Shown piece by piece: positions 28,312 through 36,708 of a stretch of 64,000 bases of DNA. The first letter of the stretch is position 1. The number at the start of each line of letters is the position of its first letter. Origin of the DNA: Halorubrum sp. (GTDB taxonomy: Archaea > Halobacteriota > Halobacteria > Halobacteriales > Haloferacaceae); the NCBI GenBank assembly GCA_028275105.1, contig JAQCNI010000008.1, positions 764 to 64,763 of the forward strand, read 5' to 3'. Under the pieces are notes generated by a model, which had not been told where the DNA came from, ran no database searches, and was given only the letters and a program-made list of their open reading frames with translations. The translations under genes were made by a program, and so were the position numbers.

Positions 28312-28387
28312 CCGAAGTCCGCGACGGGTTCGACGGAGAGTCGGACCGAACCGATCCTTTCGAGTTCCCCCGTTCCGACTCCCGAGT

Positions 28388-28654
28388 ATGGGAATCGAAC
28401 GGGCCCGCAGTGAGGTCGTCGTCGCCGCCGGTGCCGGCGGAACGACGGTCGCGATCGCCGTCATCTCGAGCATCATCGCCGGCGTTTCGGTCGACGCCTT
28501 CCCGTCCGTCGCGCCGCTCCTCGTATACGCGACGTACATGTTCTCCCGGAAGGGCGGTCCGTACGGATCGTGGGACAGGCCGCGAAACTGGGCGGCCGCC
28601 GCCGTGATCGTCGGCGTCGTCGTTCTCGCCGTCGCGGCGGCCCGCGGCGCGTGA
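28388..28654 (+). CDS. Small membrane protein (hypothetical)
   Basis: ATG at 28388. 88 aa with 2-3 TM segments. Confidence 0.45.
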   Translation: MGIERARSEVVVAAGAGGTTVAIAVISSIIAGVSVDAFPSVAPLLVYATYMFSRKGGPYGSWDRPRNWAAAAVIVGVVVLAVAAARGA

Positions 28655-28725
28655 CCGGTTCGCGGACCCCGAAACCCACCGCGGCCCAGCAGACGTCGGG
28701 ACCGATTGGCGGCCCGAGTCGACGC

Positions 28726-29346
28726 TCACGAGATGTCCCGGCTGGTGTCGACGGAGACGACGTCGGTGAGTTTCAGCTTCACCGGCTCCTCGAGCGCGGC
28801 CCCGCCGCGGAACTTCGGGACGGCGAGTCGGTTCACGATTTCGGTTCCCGTGACGCTCGTTCGCAGGTCGAACACGACGTCCGCGACCTGCTCCGTGAGG
28901 AGGCGATTCCGCGACCGTTCTCCCCGCTTGAGCGCGTGGATCACCCCTATCGACCCGGCGTCGTCGACCCGCGAGCGGAGGTCCGACAGACAGGACCGGT
29001 AGCGGTTGCGGTCGGCCGCCTCGAGCGGCTCCACGGAGTCGAGGATTAACGTCCCGTCGTCGGGGAGCCCCTCGAGACGGTCGAGCGTCCCGTCGATCGG
29101 GTCATCGTCGACCGACTCGACGATCGGATCCCCCGTCTGGACGGTCGACTCCGCGAGCGCGTCGGAGACCGCGTCGGCCGACCGCACGGTCGTGAGGTAC
29201 AGCGTCTCCCGGACGTGGGTGAACGTGTTCAAGAATAGCTCCGACTGGCTCGCCGGGTCGGCCTTCAGGACGACGACGCTACCCGCCGGAAGCCCGCCGT
29301 CGAGTTCCCGGTCCAGTATCGGGATTCCCGTCGGCAGCCACTCCAT
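28726..29346 (-). CDS. RecA-superfamily (KaiC/Rad55-like) protein with a degenerate Walker A
   Basis: TGIPILDRELDGGLPAGSVVVLKADPASQSELF has the KaiC/RadB-type N-terminal layout, but the GxxGxGKT box is replaced by KADPASQS. ATG at 29346. Confidence 0.6.
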   Translation of the reverse strand: MEWLPTGIPILDRELDGGLPAGSVVVLKADPASQSELFLNTFTHVRETLYLTTVRSADAVSDALAESTVQTGDPIVESVDDDPIDGTLDRLEGLPDDGTLILDSVEPLEAADRNRYRSCLSDLRSRVDDAGSIGVIHALKRGERSRNRLLTEQVADVVFDLRTSVTGTEIVNRLAVPKFRGGAALEEPVKLKLTDVVSVDTSRDIS

Positions 29347-29438
29347 ATCGTTCGTTGGCCCCCGCTGCGGTTTGTCTCTGTCGGTGGCGGCGGAGACACG
29401 GCGGGCGGCCGAGCCGGCCGCCGAACCGGTTCGGCGGG

Positions 29439-30323
29439 TCACGCGACCCGCCACCGCTCGGTCCCGTACGCTTCGACGAGCCGGCGGGCGACCGAATCGT
29501 ACGCCGCCCGCACCGTCGGATCGGCGAGCGGCGGCGACGGCGCGGGCGGGACCCCGCCGAGCACCGGACAGTCGAGCAGGTCGGCGAGCGGGTCGGGAAC
29601 CGACCGGGTCCGAACCGCCACGACCCCGAGCGGCGGACAGTCGAGTCGGCGAGCGATGGCGGCAGTCTTCGCGGCGTCACGGAGCGCCGGCCGACGGAGC
29701 GGCGTGACCAGCACGGACCGGTCGGCCGCACGGAGGGGCGCGGCCGCGTCCGGCGACGCCCCGGCCGGACAGTCGAGCAACACCGGCGCGTCGTCGGCCA
29801 CCGCGTCGTCGAGGTCGGCGAGTACGGCCGCCGCGTCGACGTCCCGCGGCCGGACCGGTGCGGCGAGCACCGTCGGTGCGGACCGATCGCCGCGAGGAAG
29901 CGTTGGCCGACCCGTGGGGTCGTTCCCCTCGCGGGCGACCGCCAAAATCGTCGTCGTTCCCGGCTCGGCCGTGAGTCCCTCCGGCGTCGAGTTCCCCCGG
30001 TGATTTGCCGGAGGACCGCCGGCCGGAGCCGCGGCCGGCTCGGCGGTCTCGGTCGCCAGCCGCGAGAGATTTGGGAGGTCCCAGTCGGCGTCGGCGGCGA
30101 CCGCGGGCGCGCCGCGCCGGGAGAGCGCACGCGCAAGCCCGACGGTCGTGGTCGTCTTCCCGCTGCCACCTTTCCCGCCGGCGATGGCTATCACGCGGTC
30201 GAGTGCGTCGCTATCGGGGATAAACGACGGGGATGGGGAGAGACCGACGGCGGGGAGAGTGAAAATCGACGGCGGGCGTTCGGGCGGATTAGTCCTGACA
30301 ACAGCCGCCCGCCTCGCCGCCAA
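29439..30323 (-). CDS. MinD/ParA-family P-loop ATPase
   Basis: Deviant Walker A IAIAGGKGGSGKTTTT and Walker B LLDCPAG. The start is uncertain because the track start at 30323 overlaps the upstream gene by 35 nt. Confidence 0.7.
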   Translation of the reverse strand: MAARRAAVVRTNPPERPPSIFTLPAVGLSPSPSFIPDSDALDRVIAIAGGKGGSGKTTTTVGLARALSRRGAPAVAADADWDLPNLSRLATETAEPAAAPAGGPPANHRGNSTPEGLTAEPGTTTILAVAREGNDPTGRPTLPRGDRSAPTVLAAPVRPRDVDAAAVLADLDDAVADDAPVLLDCPAGASPDAAAPLRAADRSVLVTPLRRPALRDAAKTAAIARRLDCPPLGVVAVRTRSVPDPLADLLDCPVLGGVPPAPSPPLADPTVRAAYDSVARRLVEAYGTERWRVA

Positions 30324-30663
30324 AGTCGACCGCGAGCGGCTCCGAGATGGCCTCGTTGAGGGTCTCCAGCGTCTCCGTGAGTTCGTCCTGTGCGTCGAGG
30401 AACTCCCCCATCGTCGGCATCGAGTGGAGCTCTTGCTGTGCCGACTCGATCCGCTGGAGGTCGGATTGGGTCGCGTCGCCGGTCCGTCTCGCCTGCATGA
30501 ACTCCTCGCGGAGCCGCTCGAACTCGTCGATCCGTTCCTGGAGGTCGTCGTCGCGCTGGACCGCTTCGCGTGCCTCCTCGAACCGTTCGTACTCGGACGT
30601 GCGGGCGATCCGATCGCCGAGTTCTCGGCCGAGCTCCTCGATTGAGGCCTGTTCGACGCTCAT
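30289..30663 (-). CDS. YlbF/YmcA-like (UPF0342-type) helical protein with a C-terminal GGCCQD
   Basis: 124 aa, coiled and helical. YERFEEAREAVQRDDDLQERIDEF...EFLDAQDEL resembles YlbF-family proteins. Assignment is from memory. Confidence 0.55.
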   Translation of the reverse strand: MSVEQASIEELGRELGDRIARTSEYERFEEAREAVQRDDDLQERIDEFERLREEFMQARRTGDATQSDLQRIESAQQELHSMPTMGEFLDAQDELTETLETLNEAISEPLAVDFGGEAGGCCQD

Positions 30664-30720
30664 ACCCGAGATTACGCGGCGATCCGTTTTAATCTGCCGG
30701 ACGACGGAACCGACCGCGCG

Positions 30721-30873
30721 TCACTCCCCGTCGTCGGGAAGCCGTGCGTCGTCGTCGACAAACTTGTCACAGGTAGCGCAGTAATCACGATCCTCCTTAA
30801 GTTCTGAGGGTTCGATGATCGCCAGCCGACTGGTCGTTTCGTTCCCGCAGCCTGGACACGTCATGGCGATCAT
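30721..30873 (-). CDS. Small zinc-ribbon protein
   Basis: M(IAM)TCPGCGNE...YCATCDKF is two CxxC pairs with an acidic tail. ATG at 30873 or 30864. Confidence 0.5.
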   Translation of the reverse strand: MIAMTCPGCGNETTSRLAIIEPSELKEDRDYCATCDKFVDDDARLPDDGE

Positions 30874-30978
30874 TAACCGTGGAGAAATAAAAACGTGAGC
30901 CGGTTGGGCGCCCGGACGGCGGACCGGCGCCCGGGAACATACGCCGGGACTTTTGCCCGCTCCCGTCCAACACATTGT

Positions 30979-31800
30979 ATGGCCGACGAGCCAGCCGAAA
31001 ACATCAGCGGCGGCGCGGACGGTGGCGGCAGAACCGACGAGTTCCCGGCCGGCGATGCCGACTCGCGCGTGGAGGCGGTCGTCGACGAACTGGGCGAGCT
31101 GTACTGGCGGAAGGCGTACGGGGGCCGCGACGGCTTCGAATGTCTCGTGCGGACGATCCTTTCACAGAACACCTCCGACACGGCGAGCCAGCCCGCCCAC
31201 GATTCGTTGATGAACCGATACGGTCCCGCCGATCGGCTGGCGGAAACGCTCGCCGCCGCCGACCGCGACGAACTCGTCGAGACGATCGCGTCGGCGGGGC
31301 TGTACAACCGGAAGTCGGCGGTCATTCAGGATGCGTCCGACTGGGCCCTCGAGGAGTTCGGGTCGACCGCCGCGTTCGACTCGTTCGTCGCCGAGGCCGA
31401 GCCCGACGAGGTTCGCGAAACCCTGCTGTCGGTAACGGGTGTCGGGCCGAAAACGGCGGACTGCGTACTGCTATTCGCCGGCGGCCGCGGTGGTGTTTTC
31501 CCCGTCGACACGCACGTCCACCGGATCGCGCGACGGATGGGGCTCGCCCCGCCGGAGGCCGACCACGAGGGCGTCCGCGAGGCGATTGAGGCCGCGATCC
31601 CGCCGGCAAAGTGCGGCTTCGGGCACACGGCGATGATCCAGTTCGGCCGCGAGTGCTGTTCGGCTCGCGAACCCGCCTGCCTGGAGGGACCGGAGGCCTG
31701 TCCGCTGTACGACCTGTGTGACCGCGTCGGTATCGACGAGATCGACGGAACGGTCGCCGATCCCGCGGACGCCGCGGAGGCCACGGGCGGCGGCGACTAG
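30979..31800 (+). CDS. nth: Endonuclease III-family (HhH-GPD) DNA glycosylase
   Basis: LVRTILSQNTSD, GVGPKTADCVLLF, VDTHVHRIARR and the C-terminal Cys cluster CSAREPACLEGPEACPLYDLC. Confidence 0.85.
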   Translation: MADEPAENISGGADGGGRTDEFPAGDADSRVEAVVDELGELYWRKAYGGRDGFECLVRTILSQNTSDTASQPAHDSLMNRYGPADRLAETLAAADRDELVETIASAGLYNRKSAVIQDASDWALEEFGSTAAFDSFVAEAEPDEVRETLLSVTGVGPKTADCVLLFAGGRGGVFPVDTHVHRIARRMGLAPPEADHEGVREAIEAAIPPAKCGFGHTAMIQFGRECCSAREPACLEGPEACPLYDLCDRVGIDEIDGTVADPADAAEATGGGD

Positions 31801-31858
31801 CCCGCCGGTCCTACTCTTCGTTGTCGGCCTTCTCGCGGGGCGGCTCGCGGACGCCGGC

Positions 31859-32068
31859 GTGCCGATCGACGGGGCTCGGGCCGGCGCGTTCATCGTCGTC
31901 GGCTATCTTCCGCTCGCGCTCGTCGGCACGGTCGTCTTCGGGTACTCGGTGGGCAACGGGACGATCGGACCGGTGCTCTCGACGGCGGTGCTGCTCACGG
32001 GGATCGCCTATCCGGCCGTGTTCGGCGCGCTCGGCGGCGCGACCGCGACGCTTCTCGACAACGAGTAA
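31859..32068 (+). CDS. Small membrane protein (hypothetical; start uncertain)
   Basis: The hydrophobic frame AFIVVGYLPLALVGTVVFG...VLLTGIAYPAVFGALGG. The first in-frame start after the nth stop is GTG 31859. The track start at 31718 lies inside nth. Confidence 0.35.
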   Translation: MPIDGARAGAFIVVGYLPLALVGTVVFGYSVGNGTIGPVLSTAVLLTGIAYPAVFGALGGATATLLDNE

Positions 32069-32124
32069 AGCCACGGAGGGGCCCAAGCGGCGGGAAACGC
32101 GTCGTGACGACCGTCGAACTCCCG

Positions 32125-32571
32125 TCAGTATCCCCCTGGATCGGTCCGGTCGCCGTACTCTCGGACCGGGTCGACCGGTTGTCCCTCGTCAGTCTCGGGG
32201 GCCACGTAGTCGACGAACGACTCGACGTCCGGCTCCCGGACGCGGACCACCACGTCGATATCGCCGAGTTCGTCGGGGTCGCCGACCGCGAAGTTGACGA
32301 CACCCTCGAAGGCCGCCTGTTTTTTCAACGCGAACGCGAATCCTTCGTCGGTCGCGTTCCGGAGGAACACCCGGCGGGCGGTATCGAGGATCTCCTGATC
32401 GTAGAGGACGTCCGAGAACGCGTCGAGCGTATGCGTCTCGGCGACTAGCCGACCGTCCTCGTGGACCGGTTCCGCGTCGGGAAACACGGTTCCGATCGCG
32501 TCGGCAACCCGATCGGTGACCTCGGTGTCGTTGACGGGCGCGACGATCCGGGCGTCGACGCTGTAGATCAC
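32125..32571 (-). CDS. UPF0201-like putative RNA-binding protein
   Basis: The ARIVAPVNDTEVTDRVADAIGTVFP...QEILDTARRVF pattern matches archaeal UPF0201. It overlaps the upstream kinase-like gene by 4 nt. Confidence 0.55.
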   Translation of the reverse strand: MIYSVDARIVAPVNDTEVTDRVADAIGTVFPDAEPVHEDGRLVAETHTLDAFSDVLYDQEILDTARRVFLRNATDEGFAFALKKQAAFEGVVNFAVGDPDELGDIDVVVRVREPDVESFVDYVAPETDEGQPVDPVREYGDRTDPGGY

Positions 32572-33170
32572 GGACGACCACCACCGGTATCCGGATCGAC
32601 CGATTCGGGGTCGGCCGCCTCGTCGGCGACGCCGAGGACCTCGCGGACCCGGTCGCGGAACGCCGACAGTGACCCCGTGTTGTCGATCTCAACGTCGGCC
32701 CGGTCGAGCGTCTCGTCCAACCCGAGTTCGATCTCGCGGGCGTCGCGCTCGCGGAGCGCCTCGCGGTCGGCGTCGGAGTCATCGCGGCCGCGCTCGCCGA
32801 GCCGCTCCGCCCGGAGTTGGAACGGGGCATGGACCGCCACGAGCGTGAACCCGTCGCCGAACGCCTCCCGGAACCGTGCCAGTTCGACGGTCGACCGGAG
32901 GCCGTCGACGAGAACCGCCCCGCTCTCGTCGTCGTTGGCGGCCTCGCGAACCCGCGGGACCGTCCGCTCGGCGATCGCGTCGTCGCCCTCCTCCTCGCGG
33001 AGACGGCCCGCGATCCGGCCGTGGTGTTCGGACGGCTCGAGTCCCCGGTCGCGGCACTCCGCTCGGATGACGTCGCCCATCACGACGACCGGCACGCCGG
33101 CCGCCTCGGCGACGGCCGCCGCTTCGCCCTTACCGCTGCCCGGGAGACCGACGGTGCCGATAACGTTCAT
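32568..33170 (-). CDS. P-loop nucleotide-kinase-like protein (UPF0200 / dephospho-CoA-kinase-like)
   Basis: MNVIGTVGLPGSGKGE (P-loop) followed by VVMGDVIRAE. Confidence 0.65.
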   Translation of the reverse strand: MNVIGTVGLPGSGKGEAAAVAEAAGVPVVVMGDVIRAECRDRGLEPSEHHGRIAGRLREEEGDDAIAERTVPRVREAANDDESGAVLVDGLRSTVELARFREAFGDGFTLVAVHAPFQLRAERLGERGRDDSDADREALRERDAREIELGLDETLDRADVEIDNTGSLSAFRDRVREVLGVADEAADPESVDPDTGGGRP

Positions 33171-33285
33171 TACCGTTTGCTACTGGTCTGGCGGACTTAG
33201 GTCTGCTGTTGACGGTCGCCTGCGACCTCGAGACCCGGAACGAACCACGGCCGTTTTTAATCCGACGGCGCCGAGAACGTGGTGA

Positions 33286-33360
33286 GGGCACGTAGCTCAG
33301 CCAGGAGAGAGCGTCGGACTTCTAATCCGATGGTCGTGGGTTCGAATCCCACCGTGCCCG
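33286..33360 (+). tRNA. tRNA-Arg (anticodon TCT)
   Basis: Manual cloverleaf: acceptor gggcacg/cgtgccc, D stem gctc/gagc, anticodon stem tcgga/tccga with loop cttctaa, T arm gtggg-ttcgaat-cccac. 75 nt. Confidence 0.9.
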
Positions 33361-33535
33361 TCATCCGCGGGTGAAACGACGGTGACGGCACCGGGATTCG
33401 AGCTACGCGAGGCGAGCGAAGCGAGCGAGTCCGGCCGATTTCGGCTCGTACCATCCGCCCCGTCAGCGTGAACACCGTTTGACGGGCACGATCCGTCCGT
33501 CGCCCGGTATTTTTAATAGTACGAGGGGCGGCAAT

Positions 33536-33784
33536 ATGGCAATGAGTGGACGACCCCTCGACGTGCTCGAAGCGTCGCTCGAGGATCCCGTGACGGTACA
33601 CCTGAAGGACGGCACGACGTACTACGGCATCCTCGCCGGCTACGACCAGCATATGAACGTCGTCCTCGATCCCGAGGCCGACGTCGACGACCGCGTCGAC
33701 GACGAACTCGACGGGGAGTTCGCCGTCGCCATCGAAGACACAACGATTATACGCGGCGATAACGTCGTCACGATCAAAGCATGA
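33536..33784 (+). CDS. lsm: Sm-like archaeal protein (LSm/SmAP1)
   Basis: [33 protein letters not shown] is the Sm1/Sm2 fold. The TATA-like tttttaatag lies about 25 nt upstream of ATG 33536. Confidence 0.9.
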   Translation: MAMSGRPLDVLEASLEDPVTVHLKDGTTYYGILAGYDQHMNVVLDPEADVDDRVDDELDGEFAVAIEDTTIIRGDNVVTIKA

Positions 33785-33957
33785 CCGGATCCGGTACGCC
33801 CTCTCAGGGAAAAAAGAACAAGACGGTCCACGTGAAATGCCGCCGCTGTGGCGAAGCCTCCTATCACCTCACCAAGGAGCGCTGCTCCTCGTGCGGGTTC
33901 GGCAAGTCGGCGAAGCGGCGCGACTACGCCTGGCAGTCGAAGACCGGCGACAACTGA
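33781..33957 (+). CDS. rpl37e: 50S ribosomal protein L37e
   Basis: Absent from the ORF track (58 aa). [54 protein letters not shown]. Its ATG overlaps the lsm stop (ATGA). Confidence 0.9.
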   Translation: MTGSGTPSQGKKNKTVHVKCRRCGEASYHLTKERCSSCGFGKSAKRRDYAWQSKTGDN

Positions 33958-34095
33958 CGACGGCGCAGCGTCGCGCTCTCGTATCCAGGTAAATCCCATA
34001 GCGACGGCTTCGTTCGGACTCGTGGCGGGTCTCTCGGATCCGCTCGAACCCGTCGCCGGTCCAATCCGTACCATTCGGCATCACCGACGCCGGAC

Positions 34096-34565
34096 ATGGA
34101 CCCCTCCGTCGTCGACGTCTCGGCGGTTCCCGCGGGCGGAACCGCGGCCAATGCTCTCGCGAACACCGTTAAGGCCGCCGAACGGGCGGAGCAACTCGGC
34201 TACTCCCGGTTCCGGGTCGCCGAACACCACGGCAGGACCGATCGGCTTGCCGGAACGATCCCGGAGGTGCTTCTCGACCGGCTCGCGGCGGCGACCGACA
34301 CGATCCGGATCGGCAGCGGCGCCGTCCTGCTCGACCGCTACCGGCCGTTCAAGATCGCCGAGGGATTCGGGACGCTCGACGCCGACGAGTGGCCGCGGTC
34401 ACTGTCGGGGAGTCCCGAGACGGTCGCGAGCCTCCTCGGCCAGCTCGCCGACCGTGTCAGCGTCGACGAGATGATTATCCGGCACACGGTACCGGACCAC
34501 GAGATGCGCTGCGGTCGCTCGAACTGCTGGCCGAGGCCGCCGGACGTGGATCTGAGGGCGACTGA
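34096..34565 (+). pseudogene. LLM-class (luciferase-like) flavin-dependent oxidoreductase, decayed
   Basis: The N-terminal LGYSRFRVAEHH...IRIGSGAVLL...FKIAEGFGTLDA joins directly to the C-terminal GSPETVASLLGQLADRVSVDEMII...PDHE, so about half the usual length is missing. A 1-nt frame change near 34505 is needed to read ALRSLELLAEAAGRG. Confidence 0.55.
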
Positions 34566-34571
34566 TAGTGA

Positions 34572-34787
34572 TTATCGACCGTGCGGCGGATTCCTGAACA
34601 GACCGTCGATCATCAGCAGCAGACACACGAGCGAGGCGGTCGCGACGGCGGCGGACCACGTGCCGAAGACCGCGGCTCCGACGCCGTAGCCGCCGACGAA
34701 CGACACCGGCATGCCGCCGAGCGTCAGATCCGCCCGGGAAAGTCGCTCAAACGGTTCGGCAGGGTTTTCACCCTCCGTTCCGGTCAT
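34572..34787 (-). CDS. Small membrane protein (hypothetical)
   Basis: Its ATG overlaps the stop of the upstream RHH gene (ATGA at 34784-34787). Two predicted TM segments. Confidence 0.35.
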   Translation of the reverse strand: MTGTEGENPAEPFERLSRADLTLGGMPVSFVGGYGVGAAVFGTWSAAVATASLVCLLLMIDGLFRNPPHGR

Positions 34788-34984
34788 TCGACGTATCCCA
34801 AGTCCCGGAGTTTTTGCCCGATCCGACGGGCCTCCGACTCGCCGATCTCGTCGTCAGATTCCATCTCCCGGACGACGACGTGTTTCACGAACTCCTTGAC
34901 CGAGCCGAACGGTTCGTCCTCGATGTACTCCTCGACGTCCGCAACGAACTCCTTGCGCAACGAGACCGTCGTGTACTCGCTCAT
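34784..34984 (-). CDS. Ribbon-helix-helix (CopG-like) protein
   Basis: MSEYTTVSLRKEFVADVEEYI is an N-terminal beta-strand plus helices. An AT-rich TATA-like block (35016-35032) lies about 30 nt upstream of the ATG. Confidence 0.6.
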   Translation of the reverse strand: MSEYTTVSLRKEFVADVEEYIEDEPFGSVKEFVKHVVVREMESDDEIGESEARRIGQKLRDLGYVE

Positions 34985-35037
34985 CGACCCGATAGGGACG
35001 GTCCAGTGTAAAAAATTTAATTATATCTAATTACCGT

Positions 35038-36117
35038 TCACTCCACCCGCTCCCTGGCGGCGGCGACGAGCAGCGGCAGCATGACCGTTGCGTCGCCGTA
35101 GACGGAGGCGTTGCGCGCGTCCTTCTCCAACTTCCCCCACGAGCGGGCCTCCTCCAGCGTCGCCCCGGAGAGCCCGCCGGTCGCCTCCGGGTCCATCGTG
35201 ACCTGAACGGCGTAGTCGTATGCCCGCGGAGTGACGAGCATCGTCTGGAGGGTGAAGTTCTTCGGGACGCCGCCGCCGACGAGCAGACAGCCCGCGTCGT
35301 CGGCCTCGAACGCGAGGTCGGTTAGCGGGCCCATGTCCGCGAGCGCATCGAGCGTGAACTCGGCGGTCTGACCGTACATCCACGCCTGGAGGCCCAACAC
35401 GGAGTCCTGGATCGCCGGACAGTAGACGGGAACGTTCGACTCGGAGGCGGCGGCGACGACGCCGGGGTCCTCGGCAACCCCCTCACGCGCGTTGACCGCG
35501 GCGTTCGCCCGGCCCAACTCCGCGCACAGCTCCGCGATCGACACCGATTCCGCACCCTCGAACGCCGGGAACACCGCCTCGCGGAGGTGTCCCTCGAACT
35601 CGGCGAAGTGCTCCTGCGGGAGGTACACGTTGTAGATCCGGTCAACGCCCTCGTCGCGGAGCGTCTCGTCGTGCTCCCGGAGGCTCCGATCCGGGTCGTG
35701 CGTGCGGCCGTGGTGGTGTTTTCCGCCGATCGCCTCGATCGTGTCGTGGGTGAGGTTCGCGCCGGTGGTCACCAGCGCGTCGACGTAGCCGTCGCGGATC
35801 AGCTCCGAGACGACTCGGCGCATCCCGGCGGGGACCATCGCGCCCGCGAGCGAAAGGAACACCGTACAGTCCGGCGAGCCGAACATCTCGGCGAGCACGT
35901 CGCCCGCCTCGTGGACGTCGGCCGCGCCGATCCCCGCCTCGCCGTACGCCTCGACGAGTTCGCCGACGGTCATGCCGGCCGCCACGCGAGTGTGACCGAC
36001 CGGATCCGGGGAGAACTCCTCGCGGGAGTGTTCGTCCGCGGAAGCGGCGTCGTCAGCGGCGTCGTCCCTCCCGTCGGCGTCGCTTCCGGCGTCGTCCCGG
36101 CCCTCGAAGTCGGTCAT
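35038..36117 (-). CDS. dys: Deoxyhypusine synthase
   Basis: FLSLAGAMVPAGMR, DALVTTGANLTHD and GGGVPKNF. ATG at 36117. Confidence 0.9.
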   Translation of the reverse strand: MTDFEGRDDAGSDADGRDDAADDAASADEHSREEFSPDPVGHTRVAAGMTVGELVEAYGEAGIGAADVHEAGDVLAEMFGSPDCTVFLSLAGAMVPAGMRRVVSELIRDGYVDALVTTGANLTHDTIEAIGGKHHHGRTHDPDRSLREHDETLRDEGVDRIYNVYLPQEHFAEFEGHLREAVFPAFEGAESVSIAELCAELGRANAAVNAREGVAEDPGVVAAASESNVPVYCPAIQDSVLGLQAWMYGQTAEFTLDALADMGPLTDLAFEADDAGCLLVGGGVPKNFTLQTMLVTPRAYDYAVQVTMDPEATGGLSGATLEEARSWGKLEKDARNASVYGDATVMLPLLVAAARERVE

Positions 36118-36154
36118 GACCGTGCGTGGAGGTGCGTCGGTTTGAAACGACCGA

Positions 36155-36427
36155 TCAGCCGCCACTGACCGGCGGGAACAGCGCGAGCTCATCCCCGGCC
36201 TCCAGCGTCGTCGAGAGTCCGTCCTCGTGGTGGACGTTCAGCCCGTTCCGGAGGAGGTTGATGTGGTCGGCCACCTCGCCGTCATCGAGGACGCGGTCGC
36301 GTAACGCCGGATGTGCCGAGAGCAGGTCGTCGAGCGCGGCCCCGACCGTGTCCCCGGGGGCGGCGTCCACTTCGACGACACGGTCGCCCGCTCTCTCGGC
36401 GAGGTCCGCGAACAACTTCCACTCCAT
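36155..36427 (-). CDS. samp1: Ubiquitin-like small archaeal modifier protein, SAMP1 type (MoaD/ThiS fold)
   Basis: MEWKLFADLAE...HINLLRNG...GDELALFPPVSGG ends in a diglycine and closely follows Haloferax SAMP1 as I recall it. Confidence 0.85.
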   Translation of the reverse strand: MEWKLFADLAERAGDRVVEVDAAPGDTVGAALDDLLSAHPALRDRVLDDGEVADHINLLRNGLNVHHEDGLSTTLEAGDELALFPPVSGG

Positions 36428-36708
36428 ACATATCCTCCGACGCGGATGCCTCATGAGCGTTCCGTCCCACGTCGATCGGCGGCGACGCCCGACCGACGGC
36501 GGAGGCGCTCCGGACCGCGGCCGACGCGCGCAGTAGCTCGACGACGACGCTCCACTCATCGCCCCGCGCGTGGGCGTACAACGAGAGCAACAGCACGGCG
36601 ATGATTCGGTTCCGTATCAACGAGGATCGGCCCGGGGCACCGCGCCGGCGGAATCGACTGTAGCGTCCACCTCGGGAGATTTAAGACCGGTGTCGGTCAC
36701 CGGACCGT

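Noticed and set aside
31811-32086. 91-aa minus-strand ORF
   Set aside because: It has Arg/Glu/Asp-rich low-complexity sequence antisense to a hydrophobic plus-strand frame that looks more like a real small membrane protein.
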